Positions 14,416-30,030 of a stretch of 64,000 nucleotides of DNA are shown here, one piece after another (the first letter of the stretch is position 1; each line of letters opens with the position of its first letter). A model generated the notes under the pieces. It did not search any database. It was not told the origin of the DNA and saw only the letters and a list, made by a program, of their open reading frames with translations. The translations under genes were made by a program, and so were the position numbers. Source of the stretch: the human T2T-CHM13v2.0 reference genome, Homo sapiens; assembly GCF_009914755.1 (NCBI RefSeq), contig NC_060940.1. One strand, 5' to 3'.

Positions 14416-15265
14416 TGTGATAGGGCTTCTAAGGATATCTTTTGTTCCCATATTTGGTCTTTGGCCTTGGTTTCTGACACAGAGCTCCTAAACTCCTTGG
14501 AATTCCTCATGATAGGAACATCTTTTGTTCTAATGAGATGACTCTTGATGGGCTCCCAGACGGGGGCTAGTCACTAGAAAACCAAGTCATGCATAGAAGC
14601 ATTAAACTTTCAGCCTCAGCCCCCATCCCTTCAGGGAAGGAGGAGAAGCTAAAGACTGAGTTAATAACCAATCATGTCTACATAATGAAGCCTCCATAAA
14701 AATCCCTAAAGTAAGGGACTTAGAGAGCTTCCAGGTTGGTAAACACATCCATGTACCAGGAGGGGCGATGTACCTCAACTCTATGAGACAGAAGCACCTG
14801 CACTGTGGGCCGTTATGGACCTCATCCTGTGTGTCTCTTTACCTGGCTGGTCATCTGCAGCCTTTATGGTATCCTTTATTTTATAATAAACCAGTAAGCA
14901 TAAGGAAACATTTTCCTGAGTTCTGTGGCTGTTCTAGCAAATGACTGAACATGAAAAGAAGCTCCAGGGAACCACCAATTTTGTAGCCACGTCAGAGAGA
15001 AATTGTGGGTCACATAAAGACTTACCACTTGCAATTGGTATCTGAAGTAGGGGGACAGTCTTATGGGACTGAGCCCTTAACTAATGGGATCTATGCTAAT
15101 TCCAGGTAGACAGTGTGGAAATTGAATTGTAAGACACCTCGTTGGTATCCCAAGAAAATTTGAGAATTGACTGCTGTAGAAAAAAAAAAAAAAACTTCAC
15201 ATTTCTGGTGTCATAAGGGAAGTATTGAAAGTACCATGAGAGTAAAGGAAAAGGTATTTTTTCCT
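14416..15265 (+). mobile_element. MER21-type LTR
   Basis: CATAATGAAGCCTCCATAAAAATCCCT...GAGAGCTTCCAGGTTGGTAAACAC...TTCCTGAGTTCTGTG...GGACTGAGCCCTTAAC. Confidence 0.75.
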
Positions 15266-15834
15266 ATATATATTGCAGTTAATTACATTCATTGATTTAA
15301 GCATGCTAACCCCACCTTGCATACCTGGGATAAATTCCTTCTATATACTTCTGGATTAATTATTCAACATATTTTTAAGAACTTTTGCATTGATAATCAT
15401 GAAGGATTTTTGAATGTAATTTATTGTCTCCTTGGCAGGTTTTGGTATCAGAGTAAGATTAACCCCATAAAATCGGTCATAAGTGTTCTTTAGTCCTCTA
15501 TTTTCTGGAGCAGTTTGTGAAACTTGTGTTATTTCTTCTTTAAGCGTTTTATAGAACTTTTCAGAGGGACCATATGAGTCTGGAGTTTTCTTGTCAGTAG
15601 GTTTTTTTCCTGAATCAATTTATTTCAAGGATATATTACTATTCATATTTTTTCTTGTGTTAGTTTTAGTATGTTGTCATGTTCAAGAAATTTGCCATTT
15701 TGTTTCAGTTGACAAATATATGGACACCAAGTCATAGTTTTGTAATATTTATAGGATCTGAAGTCACTTGTCCTCTATCATTCTGATATTGGCATAAAGC
15801 TGTTAGTTTTGCAATATCTGTAGGGCATATAGTG

Positions 15835-16772
15835 GTGCAGAAGGGTTAACATCAAAGTTCTGACTGCTATCATTTGCTATCATTTCAAGTGTGGCCCTTG
15901 GCTGGCATCTGAAAACTTTGATTTTGGAAGGGTCCTTGCCACCCAATCTGATAAGAGTAGTGCGCTAACTACTGCACAAGAAATATGGTTTATGCTGAAT
16001 ACGCACTTTCCTTCTGGGAGTCTGCAATTTTGGTATATGGTGGACAGAGGCTGCCAAAGTGTTCCCAGTAAAAATCCTGGACACAGATCTCTGATAAGGT
16101 CATTAGACACTTCATACATGTTGTCACAAGTCACTGTGGGGGAACTAAGCATATCCTGTGTGGTTCCACAGAGAAAGCACGTTTGAAACCTTGCATCTGG
16201 TTTCCTCTGGGCTCTGATCCACGTACCTTTTCCTTCTCTGATTTTGCTTTGTTTCCTTTGATCGTGTCTTAGTCCGTTTTGTGCTGCTATAACAGAATAC
16301 CCAGAATACCACAGACTGGGTAATTTATAAGAAACAGATATTTATTTCTCACAATTCTGGAGGTTGAGAAGTTCACAATCAAGGCACCAGCAGGTTCAGC
16401 TGTCTGGTGAGGGCTGCTGTATGCTTTCAAGAAGGCACCTTGTTGCTACATCTTCTGGAGGCAAGAAACACTGTGCCCTCCCATGGCAGAAGGTAGAAAG
16501 GTAAGAGAGACAAACTCCCTCCCTCAAGCCCCTTTATAAGGGCACTTAATTCCACTCATAAGAGAAGGACCCCTAATAACATAATTACCTCTTAAAGGTC
16601 TTCCCTCAGTACCATCGCATTGGCCATTAAGTTTCAACACCTGAATTTTAGAGGGAACTTCTTCAATCCATAGCATGTTGTAAAAAATCTTAGCCAGGGG
16701 TAGTGTGCTGAGTTCTGGGAGTCCTCCTAGCAAATTTTCAACCCTAGGAAGAGCCTGGAGATTACCAACACA
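15835..16772 (+). mobile_element. MER68-type ERVL LTR, split by an MST insertion
   Basis: GCAGAAGGGTTAACAT...GGCCCTTGGCTGGCATCTG...TTCCTTCTGGGAGTCTG; 3' part resumes GTGCTGAGTTCTGGGAGTCCTCCTAGC...AACACA. Confidence 0.75.
16265..16675 (-). mobile_element. MSTD/MLT1A-like MaLR solo LTR
   Basis: TGTCTTAGTCCGTTTTGTGCTGCTATAACAGAATACC...AAGTTTCAACACCTGAATTTT...CCATAGCA. Confidence 0.8.
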
Positions 16773-17479
16773 GAAGTTATTTTTCTATCATACTGTTATT
16801 AGTAATTGATATTTTCTCTCTTCTTTTCTTAGTTGGTCTAGAAATGTTTTTAAAGAAAATACTTTGACCTTGTTGACTTTCTCTGTTGGCCAACATTTAT
16901 CATTATTAGTTTATTTTCTATACTTTCTGTTAGTTCTGTTTCTATTAGTCTATTTTAATAATTTCTGTTCTTTATTTTTCCCATTTTTACTTATTTTGAG
17001 ATTAATTTGTTCTTTTACTTGCTTCATATGGTAGAGGTGTAGATCACTGATTTGAAACTTATCATTTTTCTAATATAAGCATTTAAAGTCATACATACAT
17101 TTCTAAGCATTTCTTTATTTACCTCACAAATTTTTGTATGTTGTGTTTTCATTATCATCCATTTCAAAATCTTTTAACCTCCTGTGTTATTTCTTCAGTT
17201 TCCAAATATTTTGGGCTTTTCTGAATATCTTACTGTTATTAATTTCAAATATTGTTCTACTCCTGTCAGAGAAATACTCTGTATGATTCTAACCAGCTGA
17301 CATTTATTGAGACTTGTTTTAAGAATCAGCAAAAGGCCCATGATTATAAAAGTCCCATATGCACTTAAAGAGGACATGCATCCTGCAATTGTTGGGTATA
17401 TGTTCTACAAATGTTGTATGATCAAGTTGGTTAACACTATTTTCAAATCTTCTGCATTCTTTCTGTATTTTTATCTACT

Positions 17480-17784
17480 TGGTTTTGGTTTTTGTTTTTG
17501 TTTTGTTTTGTTTTTTGTTTGTTTGTTGTTTGTTTGTTTTGAGACAGGGTCTCACTCTGTCACCCAGGCTGGAGTGCAGTGGCAGGATCTTGACTCACCT
17601 CAGCACCCTAAGAAGCTGGGACCACAGGCATGAGCCACCATGCCCGGCTACTTTTTATATTTTTGGTAGAGACAGGGTCTTGCTGTATAAACCAGGCTGG
17701 TCTCAAACTCCTGAGCTCAAGCAATCCACCTGCCTCGGCCTCCCAAAGTGCTGTGATTATTGGCGTGAGCCACCGCAGCCGGCC
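17480..17784 (-). mobile_element. AluJ with (TTTTG/TTTG)n tail and internal deletion
   Basis: GAGACAGGGTCTCACTCTGTCACCCAGG...CCTGAGCTCAAGCAATCC. Confidence 0.9.
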
Positions 17785-19624
17785 ATGTTATCTATTTGTT
17801 ATATCAACTCTAAATGAACGGTATTAAAATCACTATGTTTGTGCATTTTTCTATTTATGCCTTTACTTTTGTCAACTTTTTCTTTATGTATTTTGGAGTA
17901 TTGTTATTTATTGCATACATTTAGAATTTCCAGGTATTCTTCAGTAATTGACCATTTAATCATCATGAAATAATGCCCTTTATCAATGGTAATACTCCCT
18001 GCCTTGAAATCTACTTTGCCTAATATGCAATATGAGATCTTTCGTATTTATTTTCACACAGGTCATGAGGTTCTGCTCAGCATTTTTTTTAATCTTTTTG
18101 CATTTAATTCACTTTTGGCTTTATAGGTAATGTATATCTCTTTTAAAAAAAAGTACTTAATTCTTTATTTATATCCAGTGTGACAACCCCTGCTTTTCGA
18201 TTGGAATGTTTAGTTCATTAACATTTAATGTAAGTATTAATGTAATTTGGATTAAATATAGCAGCTTGCTATTTGTTGTTTATCTGTGCTTTTAGTTCTT
18301 AGTATTTTTACTCCACGTTTCCTGTCTTCTCTTGGGATAATCATGCTGTTGGTTTTTTTGTTTAGTTATTCAACTTATCTCTTCTATGGCTGTTTTGCTT
18401 TTATTCCTCTTTTTCAATGGTTGCTCTAATAATAACAGTAAGCATCCTTACTTAACTTGTCTACATCGATACTGAATTGACATTATATCACTTCATATAC
18501 CACGTTAAGAGCTGTAAATAGCATCTTCTCATCCTCTATTTCTGCAATCATCACATGTTTTACTTTTCCTTTGTTAGAAACCATCATTTTGTTATTATTT
18601 GTGCTCTAAACAGTCCATTACATTTTATAACATTTGAGAAATGAAAATATAGCTTTTCATATATACTATTCTTAGTGCTCTTCCCTCCTTTCTTTTGGAT
18701 TCAAATGTTCACTTGATATCATTTACATTCATCCTGAAGAGCTTTCTTGAGCATTTCTGGTAGTGTGAGTCTGAATACATTTTCTTAGCTTCTGTCTACA
18801 GCTTATCTGGCAACTATCTTTATTTTTTCTTCATTTTTAAAAACATACTTTCATTTGATGAAACAATCTATGTGATAGTGTCTTCCCATGCCTTATCCCC
18901 TGCCCTGACACTTTAAAATGTCATTCCTTTATCTTCTAATTTTCATTGTTTTCTTTTTTCTTTCTTTTTAATAATAAATATGCTGGTATGCTGTTAGTCT
19001 TCTCCAGATTCTCCTGTATATGTCTTTACCCTGCTCTGAATACTTTTAATGCTTTTTCTTTTGCTTTGGTTGATTACACTTTGACTACAATGTGTTCAGG
19101 TGTGATTTTCTTTGTATTTGTTCTTCCTGGAGTTTCCTGGGCTTCTTGAGTCTGTAAGTTGATGTTTTTGTTTTATCAAACTTTGTAATAGTTCGGTCAG
19201 TATTTCTTCAATTTTTTTTTCTGTGTAATTCTTATTCTCCTCTCCCTCTGGGACTACATTACAGGTTTTTGTTTTGTTTTCCTTTGCATTTCAGTTTTTC
19301 TTTCTCTCTCTCTCTGTTCTTATTCAGGATAAGTTCTAATAATGTATCTTTAAATTTATGAATACTTTCTTTTGTCGAACCCAATCTGCTGTTAACTTCA
19401 TCCAATTAATTTTTTATTTTAGCTATCTTATTTCTTTAAGATATGTATTTGATTCCTTTTTAAGTTTCTATATTTCTTCTAAAATTCTCCATTATTTATT
19501 ATATCTATTTCTTTAACACTTTTTATGTTGGTTAAAGTAATTACCTGCAATATACAATCTCTGGTCATCTGTGGGTCTGTTTTTTATTGATTCGTTTCTT
19601 CAATGAGTCACATTGTCTTTTTTT

Positions 19625-19914
<290 letters not shown>

Positions 19915-20352
19915 CAGACGATTTTTTTAATTGTGATTTAAGTATTGTTTTTCATACATTGTAGAGACTCTTTTGTTAATGTATTTGGAATAGTGTTGCT
20001 TATTTGTTCTAGACGTTAAATATATTATTCACAGAGCACCTTGATCCTCAAGCACTTAGTTTTAGCCTTTGTTTGAGTATGCTGCTTTTGCAAATGTCTT
20101 AGTTCTCAGAAGTAGTCTTTACTTCTAAAGTACGGCCTTTCTAGAAGTCCAGTGAAAAACCACTAAGGTATTTAACAAACCCCTCTCACACAGAGGTATT
20201 CTAACTCCAAACTCTTACTTCTCTATGGTGAGCAGCAGATTACAACTCTGCTTAGTTTATTCATCCTTCAAGCTCTTCATATTGCCTTTTAGATCCAGAG
20301 TTTCATCCAAACATGCATAGTCTGGGAGTCAGATGAAGATTAGAGAATAATT

Positions 20353-20964
<612 letters not shown>

Positions 20965-21329
20965 TATGGACTTTTGGCTGTAGTTTTTCTGGCTGTACTC
21001 TTTCTTAGAATTTTCCTTATCAACATTCCAGAATCTCTGGAAATTCTGACTCCTCAGACCCAAAAGAGGGTGGCCTGAGTTCTAGCTGCTATACTGTGTA
21101 ACCATTAGAGTATCCTCAAGAGAAAAATAAATGTACATCTCACCCAGTATGGCTCCCTTTTTTCAAGGATCAATTCCTTACTGGTTTATGTCCTCTCTTT
21201 GTTACTCTTTGGTTGCTCCTGTTCTTTTTTCTTATATTGTATCCATAATTTTTATTGTTTGCTCTAGGATGATTAGTCCAATGCAAGCTGCACTATTACT
21301 TAAATTAGAACTCCTTGAGTAAGCTTTAT

Positions 21330-21620
21330 CTATATTCATTCAAGAAGAGTGTACTAAGCCCCTACCTCACGCCTAGAGCTTGGTTAGATGTTGGAGATGT
21401 AGTGGTGAATAAAAATACAAAGGGAGAGAGAGAAAGAATAAAGAAAGAAAGTGATAGTTCCCACCTTTGTGGAACTTACAGTATAATGAGAGACACACAC
21501 ACAACGAAATCACATAAATACATGTATAATGAGAGCATGTGGTTATGAGAGCCTATAACAGGGCAATTTGAACTGATCAAAAAGATCCAGGAAGATATCC
21601 CTGAGGAAGTCTTAATGGAA
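21330..21620 (-). mobile_element. L2 3' fragment
   Basis: ATTCATTCAAGAAG...CTAAGCCCCTAC...GTGGTGAATAAAA...GGAACTTACAGT...CCCTGAGGAAGT. Confidence 0.65.
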
Positions 21621-22699
21621 CCACCATCTAAAGCTGCTGTTACCACCCAGGAAGTTTTCATGTGATTCTAGAAGCTGAGAACCCTTTCCTGAGACCATGA
21701 CCATCACCTTGAAATCAGATGACCAGTTAACCATGGATGGTTTATGTCTGTCCTAGCAGAAGTCCAGTGATATGCTAGATACTGTGATGAAAGGATTCAT
21801 CCTGGATATATCAGCTGTCTGGTAAAGCATTCTCTATAGTAGAGTCCATGAATTAGGGGCGCTGTCATGGGAGTCAGAAGGGAGAAAGGCGGAACAACCA
21901 GACACACCAATCCAGTGCAGGGACAGCTGCAAGAGCATCTGGCCACCCCAGCATTTTTGAAAAATTGTGAATGGACTTAAATGTCATGGAAGACACAGGT
22001 TCTAAGAACTGCCTTTCTACTGAATTATTTTTAAAAAATAGAAAAGGATTTTTAAAAAGAAAAGTTTCTTTATGGGTTAAAAATTCTGTTGAAAGCAACA
22101 GAGCTGTGTGAGAGAGAGAAATCCCAGGATTTTGTTTCCTCTCTGGGAGCCTGGGGAATTCACCACCAGGGAGGGATTCATGTGGAGATCCCCTGGGGGT
22201 GGAAGGGAGGGGGCTACCGAGTGAATTTTGGGGTGGGGAAGAGCACTTCCACTTTAAACCATGAAAAGGGAGAGGGCACCCCTCCTTTACTCGTGTTATA
22301 GTAACGTTCTTTTATGAAGGTTTATTCGAGTCCTGTCAGTCTGATGGTAATGTTTTCTCCACTTATTCTGTAATTATGAAATAATTATAAATGGATGACA
22401 CAGATCCTTAGTCCCCCTTTTTCTTTCTATTCAGCGGTAGACATTCTGCCTGAAATTTGTAGTCTAATTAGTCATCTCTTGAAATAATTTGCCTATGGTA
22501 GATCTTCCTAGTCTAGTGGAAAATAAAAATTATCAACCTGAATGCATTTATTATTTTAGTATTAATTACATTTTACTTAACAGAGGTTCTTATTCCATGA
22601 AGAATATTTTTAAAAATGAAACAGGACAACAGGAGGAAAGACATAGAAATTTGCATAACCTAGTGCCTAAAGTTCACCACCGATAACATTCAGGGTTAG

Positions 22700-23470
<771 letters not shown>

Positions 23471-23849
23471 TTTATTTTTTTCTTATGCATAAGTTTTTCT
23501 TTATCTTAATAATGTGACCTTCTATACACAAATATTTTACCCTGCTTTTTTTGACTCAACAATAAGAGTTTATTTGGTATTACTTACTGTTATTAAATGC
23601 TGTGTAATAATTTCTTGAACTTATGCCCATAATTTAATTCCCAGCCTCTCACTGTAGGATGCTAAGGTTGTTCTCCAGGTTTTTCTAATAACATGTAATT
23701 CCTTTGGGCATAAATAACTTTCTTTATATTTGATTGTTTCTTGAGAATAAATTCCCAGCACATAATTTAATGGGTTAAGGTATATAATCTTATTAAGATT
23801 TTTATGGCAATAAATGGATACATCTATTTTAACATCATAGTTACATCAT

Positions 23850-24875
23850 TTCTTTGGGGGAATGGCCTTATATCAGGCTAGTGATGTTGCGTTATTTTCA
23901 TCATAGAAGGGACAGTGATTTGTCTTCACTGCAACAGATGTGTATTCTGGATATAGATTAGTCTTTCCTGCCCCCACAACTTATTGTCAGAACCACCATC
24001 TATGGACTGACAGAATGTTTTATTCACCACCGTGGAATAACGTGCAACATTGCTTCTGAACATAGGAAACTCATTTTATGGCAAAAGAAATGTGGCAGTT
24101 GGCTTTTACTCTGGAATTCAATGACCTCACAATACAGCCCATCCCTAAAAGTATCTAGCACCCTAGACTGATGGAATGGCTTACTGAGGACCCAGTGATA
24201 GGGCCTATTAGGAAAAAACATTCTGAAAAGTTTGAGGTTATATTTTTAAATGTGCGGTATATGCTTTAAATAAGCAACTAATATATGGTGCTATTTCTCC
24301 CACAGGATATATGGGCCTGGGAACAAATCTTTACTATTGTACCCATTAACAGAGTATTTGTTCGCTGTCTCTACAACTTGGAACTGTCCTGATTTGAAAG
24401 TTTAAGTTGTCAATGGAGAAATATTTTCACCAGGGGACACAATGATTGTCCCACTGAATTGACAGTTGCAGAGGCCATTTCAGGCTTGTCACATCACTAA
24501 ACCCTTGGGAGGAAACAAGTTACCATCCTAGCTAGATGATTGATCTTGATCATCAATAGGAAATTTGAGTTCTCCTCAATAGGAAATAGGTCAGGAAGGA
24601 CTAGATTTGGAACCTGGAGGATTCTCTTGGGGAAATTTTAGCATTCCCATGTGCAATAGTAACAGTGAATGGGAAGTTGCAGCAACCAAGATAGAAAGCA
24701 AAACAACCAAGGATTTACACCATATAGGAATGAAGATTGGGGCTGCCTACCTGGTAAAGAACATTGATTAGTGGAGATCATGGATAAGGGGAAAGTGAAC
24801 ATGGATCCAACTGTAAAGGAAAGTAGTTATAAATAGCAACCATGGCCTAATGAGCAGCTACATAAGTAAAGACTG
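23850..24875 (+). mobile_element. ERV-L internal relic (integrase core and dUTPase-like region), no LTRs
   Basis: Broken frames resembling HERV-L IN (GQ.FVFT..D.YSGY, TTIYGLTECFIHHRGI..NIASE, WNGLL) and dUTPase (CCAGGGGACACAATGATTGTCCCACTGAATTG = PGDTMIVPLN); frameshifts and stops. Confidence 0.8.
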
Positions 24876-25939
24876 AAATACATGCATACATGCACATGTG
24901 CACATGCGCACACATACAGAGCTTTTTATTTCACTTCTGTTCATCCTTATTATTATTTTATAAGGCATATTAGCAGTGGTTCAGAGCACATGTGGTATCC
25001 AGTTCACTGGTTATATTTAAAGAAAAATGTTCTTAAATAGTTTCACCGTGTATACCAAGGCAGAATAAATAAAATGGAAAAGTTCAGAGGATATGCACAG
25101 AGTTAAGGGGATATACTGCCTTCTGGAAGAATCGGCACAGTGCAGAAAAAGTATCCCTGTCTTGAATGGCCAATGGAGAACAGATTCCAGCTTAATATAA
25201 GAAATAGCTTTCTTAACAGCACTACGCAGAAATAAAATGGGTCTCACCATTAATGTAATAGGCTCCCTATCACTGGGAACCTAAATAATGTTCAAGGGGA
25301 TTGATGCATTAAGCACAAGACTGCAAAGTCAAACAGGATATTGTTGTTGTTTTACATTTAAGGAAAATAATTATCAGAGAGGTGATGTGATTTGTCCAAT
25401 ATCACACAGCTAACAGTGAAGCTGGATAACTCCTTCTAATACCAAGATGTTGTTTTACTGTCTATTTGCTGATAACCAAAGAGGAGGACCGTGAGGAAAA
25501 TTAGGGTTTGATTTTTTCTTTTTCCTTTCTCTCCATAAGAATTTTAGCTCTTCTGGGGAGTTGATGAGTTCCTTTCAGGGATTAGGAAGCTTATGTTGGG
25601 CATACTTTGATATATATCCAAAATACATCATTAATTATTTACTTCATTAACCTCTAGAAATTTCTAGAAAACTGGCATATCATTAACAAAACCCAAAGTC
25701 AATAACTTTTGTCAATATATCGCTTACACTCTCCTCACCTATTCAGCCACACACGGTACACATGTACACAGTACATGCCCCCCCAACACAGACACACAGT
25801 CACTCACACATCAAATACTATTTTCATTAACACGTGTGTTTGAATTAAAACATTTTTTCTCTAGTATTGTGAATACTGGAATACTGATGAATTTTGGAAA
25901 ACGAAAGATGGCTAAACTATCTAGATACTCAGATATTTC

Positions 25940-26600
<661 letters not shown>

Positions 26601-27173
26601 ATGCCGACCAAACCCTATGTTAGAGATTGAAAGTACAAAGCATCTCTATAAGACAGACCTTATTATTTTCATTTTACAAGTGAGGAATTTGAGGTTTAGT
26701 CATCACTAACATGCCCCAAGTCACACAGTAAGTTAGAGCGGAAAGAGGTGAATGAGACAGTAATCCATGTTTCTAAGGAAAGACAAGTCTTTGTGTTTGA
26801 TGCTGGAAATAATCAATTGTTTTCTCCAAAGGGCAACTTTGGGCTTTCCACAGGCTTGGAAAGCTCCCTTCCCTTACTAATTTATCTTAGGGCTTGCTTT
26901 GTCCATAACATCCCTAAGATTGGGCTCCTGGCTGAGGTCAGATGAGAATGACTATGGTGGAGACAGAGGGCTGGGGAGGAGTTATCTTCAAATAGATAAG
27001 AAATACATTCACAATAAAGATAATTTCTGGAAAACAAGACACAGAGGAAGCTGCAAATATATCCCAGTGGACTGCAGCTACTTCTAACCTGTCTGAATTG
27101 TAGGGGATAAAACAACATCGCAGGAGTGGATGAGCTCACGTGGGTGAGTGTACAACACTAGGAAAGGAAAGAT

Positions 27174-27544
27174 TGATGAGTCTCTTCCCAATTCACCAGA
27201 ATTGATACCTTAAATTTAGACAATATTCTTCAACTTTATTCTAAATTCAATATAGAGTTTCTGTTTACTAACTTGCCTACCAAATGGCCTTTGGAACATA
27301 ATGTAAATTCTTGCTTCATTAATATATATGTCACCTGATGTTTACTTGCTTATACATTGATAATTGTTCTTCAGAATTGCTTTTCAGGTTTTACATTTTT
27401 TCAAAAGAAAGCATCACATCTATCTAAATGCATGTATCTAGTAATTCATATTAATTCTTGTGATGACATTTAGACTAAATTTAAGGTATCAATTTAGAAT
27501 AAATTTAAGGTATCAATTCTGGTGAATTGGGAAGAGCCTCATCA
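27174..27544. repeat. 45-bp inverted repeat (44/45 match) with additional inverted snippets
   Basis: 27174-27218 TGATGAGTCTCTTCCCAATTCACCAGAATTGATACCTTAAATTTA is the reverse complement of 27500-27544 except at one base. Confidence 0.9.
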
Positions 27545-28059
27545 TAATATTGTAAGTTACAACCAAAGTGTTATGCCTATTATGTAAATCGTCCAATAAA
27601 GAATGACAAACATATTTATCACAGAAAGTTTACAAATTTTCAAGCTGACTGACCCATTAAAGCCTGTTCCTTACTTGACCTACAAAGATTTACACAAGAT
27701 GATGGAGGTGCTTGCTTCTGAACATAGAAAACTAGAAACAAAAGATGTCCAACTTCTTCGTCCTCTTAACAATGTTGTCTCATCTATAAAAACAAATCAA
27801 CAAACAAACTGTCCCTTTACCTGGAATGTTCTCCAACAGATGATGGAGACATATGGTTCCTAAAGATACATTGATTTCTAAAAGTGAACTATATAAACTT
27901 GCTGTTTTACATATTAGAAAAATAACCTTAAAAAAGGCAAAATAGTTCACCTGGCCAATAGCTTGAAGTAGGGCAGAAGAAGGAAGCCCTCTGCTCTCCT
28001 TTGGCCCTGCCTGTAGCCATCCACCTGGTCCCATCTGAGGTGCCACCATACCTGTCCTC

Positions 28060-28680
28060 AGTGCGCTCTTCTCTTTCTCCACTTCCTTGCCTGCATCTTG
28101 GCCATTTCTTTCACTTAGGACATTACAACAGCCCCATACTGGTCTTCCTGCCTCTGGTCTCTTCCCACCTCCCATTGTGTTTCCAATAAATGACAAAATG
28201 ATTTTTCAAAATACCATTTGGGTCACATCACCATCCTAATTTTAATCTCTTCCATGGTTCACTGTAACCCTCAGATGAAATCAAACATCTCTTGGCTGAG
28301 AACGCCCTTCCTGATCAGGTGTGTCTCTACCTTTTTTGTCTTATTTCCTGGAACATGCTCATAAACACCTTTCCCTTTAATTCTATGGAATTACATGAAG
28401 TTTCCTCAGCCCACCCTTTGTTTCCCTCCAAACTCCTATTCACTCTTCAAAATCCATACCAGGCATTTTCTTTTCCAAGAAGCTTCCCTTGACATCTTAT
28501 CCCATCTATCCTGGTTAGGACATATTTGATACTTTGTTTTGATTCACTGTTGACTTGACCTTCACCAATAGTAAATTTTGAAGTCATTGAGATCAGGAAA
28601 TTCATGTTCTTAACTTTATATCACAGGATATAATATTAATATATTATATCACATAAATGCCTGTCACATAAATGCAGGGA
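28060..28680 (+). mobile_element. L2 fragment
   Basis: ATTACAACAGCCCCATACTGGTCTTCCTGCCTCT...CTCCTATTCACTCTTCAA...AAGCTTCCCTTGAC. Confidence 0.6.
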
Positions 28681-28923
28681 GTGGGCTGGGGGAAGAATAA
28701 AGGAAAGAAGGAGAGAAAGGAAAATAGGAAGTAAAGAATAGACTGACTCTCATGTTCACTATCACTTGATCCAGAGTTCTTCCTCCCACTTCATGGTCAT
28801 TTCTGCAAATATCAATAAGTAAGATAAAAAAACAAGTGGCCATGTTGGTTTTTTAATAGTTAATGAAAATAATATTCTCACATTATTTTCTTCAAGTTCA
28901 ATAAGAATATTTAATATGGAAAT

Positions 28924-29249
28924 TTATATGGTTTGGCTGTGTCCCCACCCAAATCTCATCTTGAATTCCCATGCATTATGGGAGGAACCTGGTGGGAGGT
29001 GATTGAATCATGGGGCCACGTCTTTCCCATGCTGTTCTTGTGATAGTGAATAGGCCTTGTGAGATCTGATGGTTTTAAAAATGGGAGTTTCCCTACACAA
29101 GCTCTCTTCTCTCGTCTGCCACCATGTGAGACGTGCCTTTCACCATCTACCATGATTGCGAGGTCTCCCCAGTGGAACTGTAAGTCTAATAAACCTTCCT
29201 TTTGTAAATTGCTCAGTCTTTATCATCAGCATGAAAACAGACTAATACA
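28924..29249 (+). mobile_element. THE1 (B/C-like) solo LTR
   Basis: TATGGTTTGGCTGTGTCCCCACCCAAATCTCATCTTGAATTCCC...GAAAACAGACTAATACA. Confidence 0.9.
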
Positions 29250-29328
29250 GAAGTAATAGAATTTCTATAGTTAGTAGCTATTGTAGAGGTATTGACAAGC
29301 TCAGAAACTGGTGTTTGCATCTGGATGT

Positions 29329-29745
29329 TGATATGCTTTGTCTATGAGATTTGGCCACCCAAATCTCATCTTGAAATGTAGCTCCCATAATTTCTATGTG
29401 TTATTCTTTTGTTTGTCCATTCAATTAATCATTTAGTAAACATTAAGCTCCTACACTGTACCTGTGGGAGGTAACTGCATCTTGGGGGTGCAGTTTTTCC
29501 AATACTGTTCTCATAATAGTAAATAAGTCTCACGAGATCGGATGATTTTGTAAAGGGGAGTTCCCCTACACAAGCTCTCTTGCCTGCTGCCATGTAAGAC
29601 ATGACTTTGCACCTCCTTTGCCTTCCACCATGATTGTGAGACCTCCTCAGCCATGTGGAACTGTGAGTCAATTAAATCTCTTTTTTTTCTAAATTACCTA
29701 GTCTCGTGTATGTCTTTATTAGCAGTGTGAGAACAGACTAATACA
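29329..29745 (+). mobile_element. THE1 (D-like) solo LTR carrying a 62-bp foreign insert
   Basis: TGATATG...CACCCAAATCTCATCTTGAAATGTAGCTCCCATAAT...GAGAACAGACTAATACA; flanks GATGT / GAAGT. Confidence 0.9.
29401..29462 (+). repeat. 62-bp exact copy of 30464-30525
   Basis: TTATTCTTTTGTTTGTCCATTCAATTAATCATTTAGTAAACATTAAGCTCCTACACTGTACC is identical at both positions. Confidence 0.95.
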
Positions 29746-29789
29746 GAAGTTAAAATAAGATGATCATAAAAATGACAACAAAATAGTTT

Positions 29790-30030
29790 GTTATAAAGTT
29801 ACACAATTTTTAAATGGCATTCATGTGCAATATTTCATCTGATATCCCAAGATACCCAGAACACTATACTGAGTGTAATTAAAAGTATTACTTTTATCAT
29901 ACTATAGAAGAAGAATTGGAGGTTCAGAGAGGAAGTGATTCCTCAAGTGCACCTTGCAGATCATTGGCAGAACAGGTGCCCATATGCAAACCCCTGAACC
30001 TCTCATCATTAAACTTCACTTTCCACACAC
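29790..30030 (-). mobile_element. MIR SINE
   Basis: ATAGAAGAAGAATTGGAGGTTCAGAGAGGAAGTGATT core. Confidence 0.55.
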
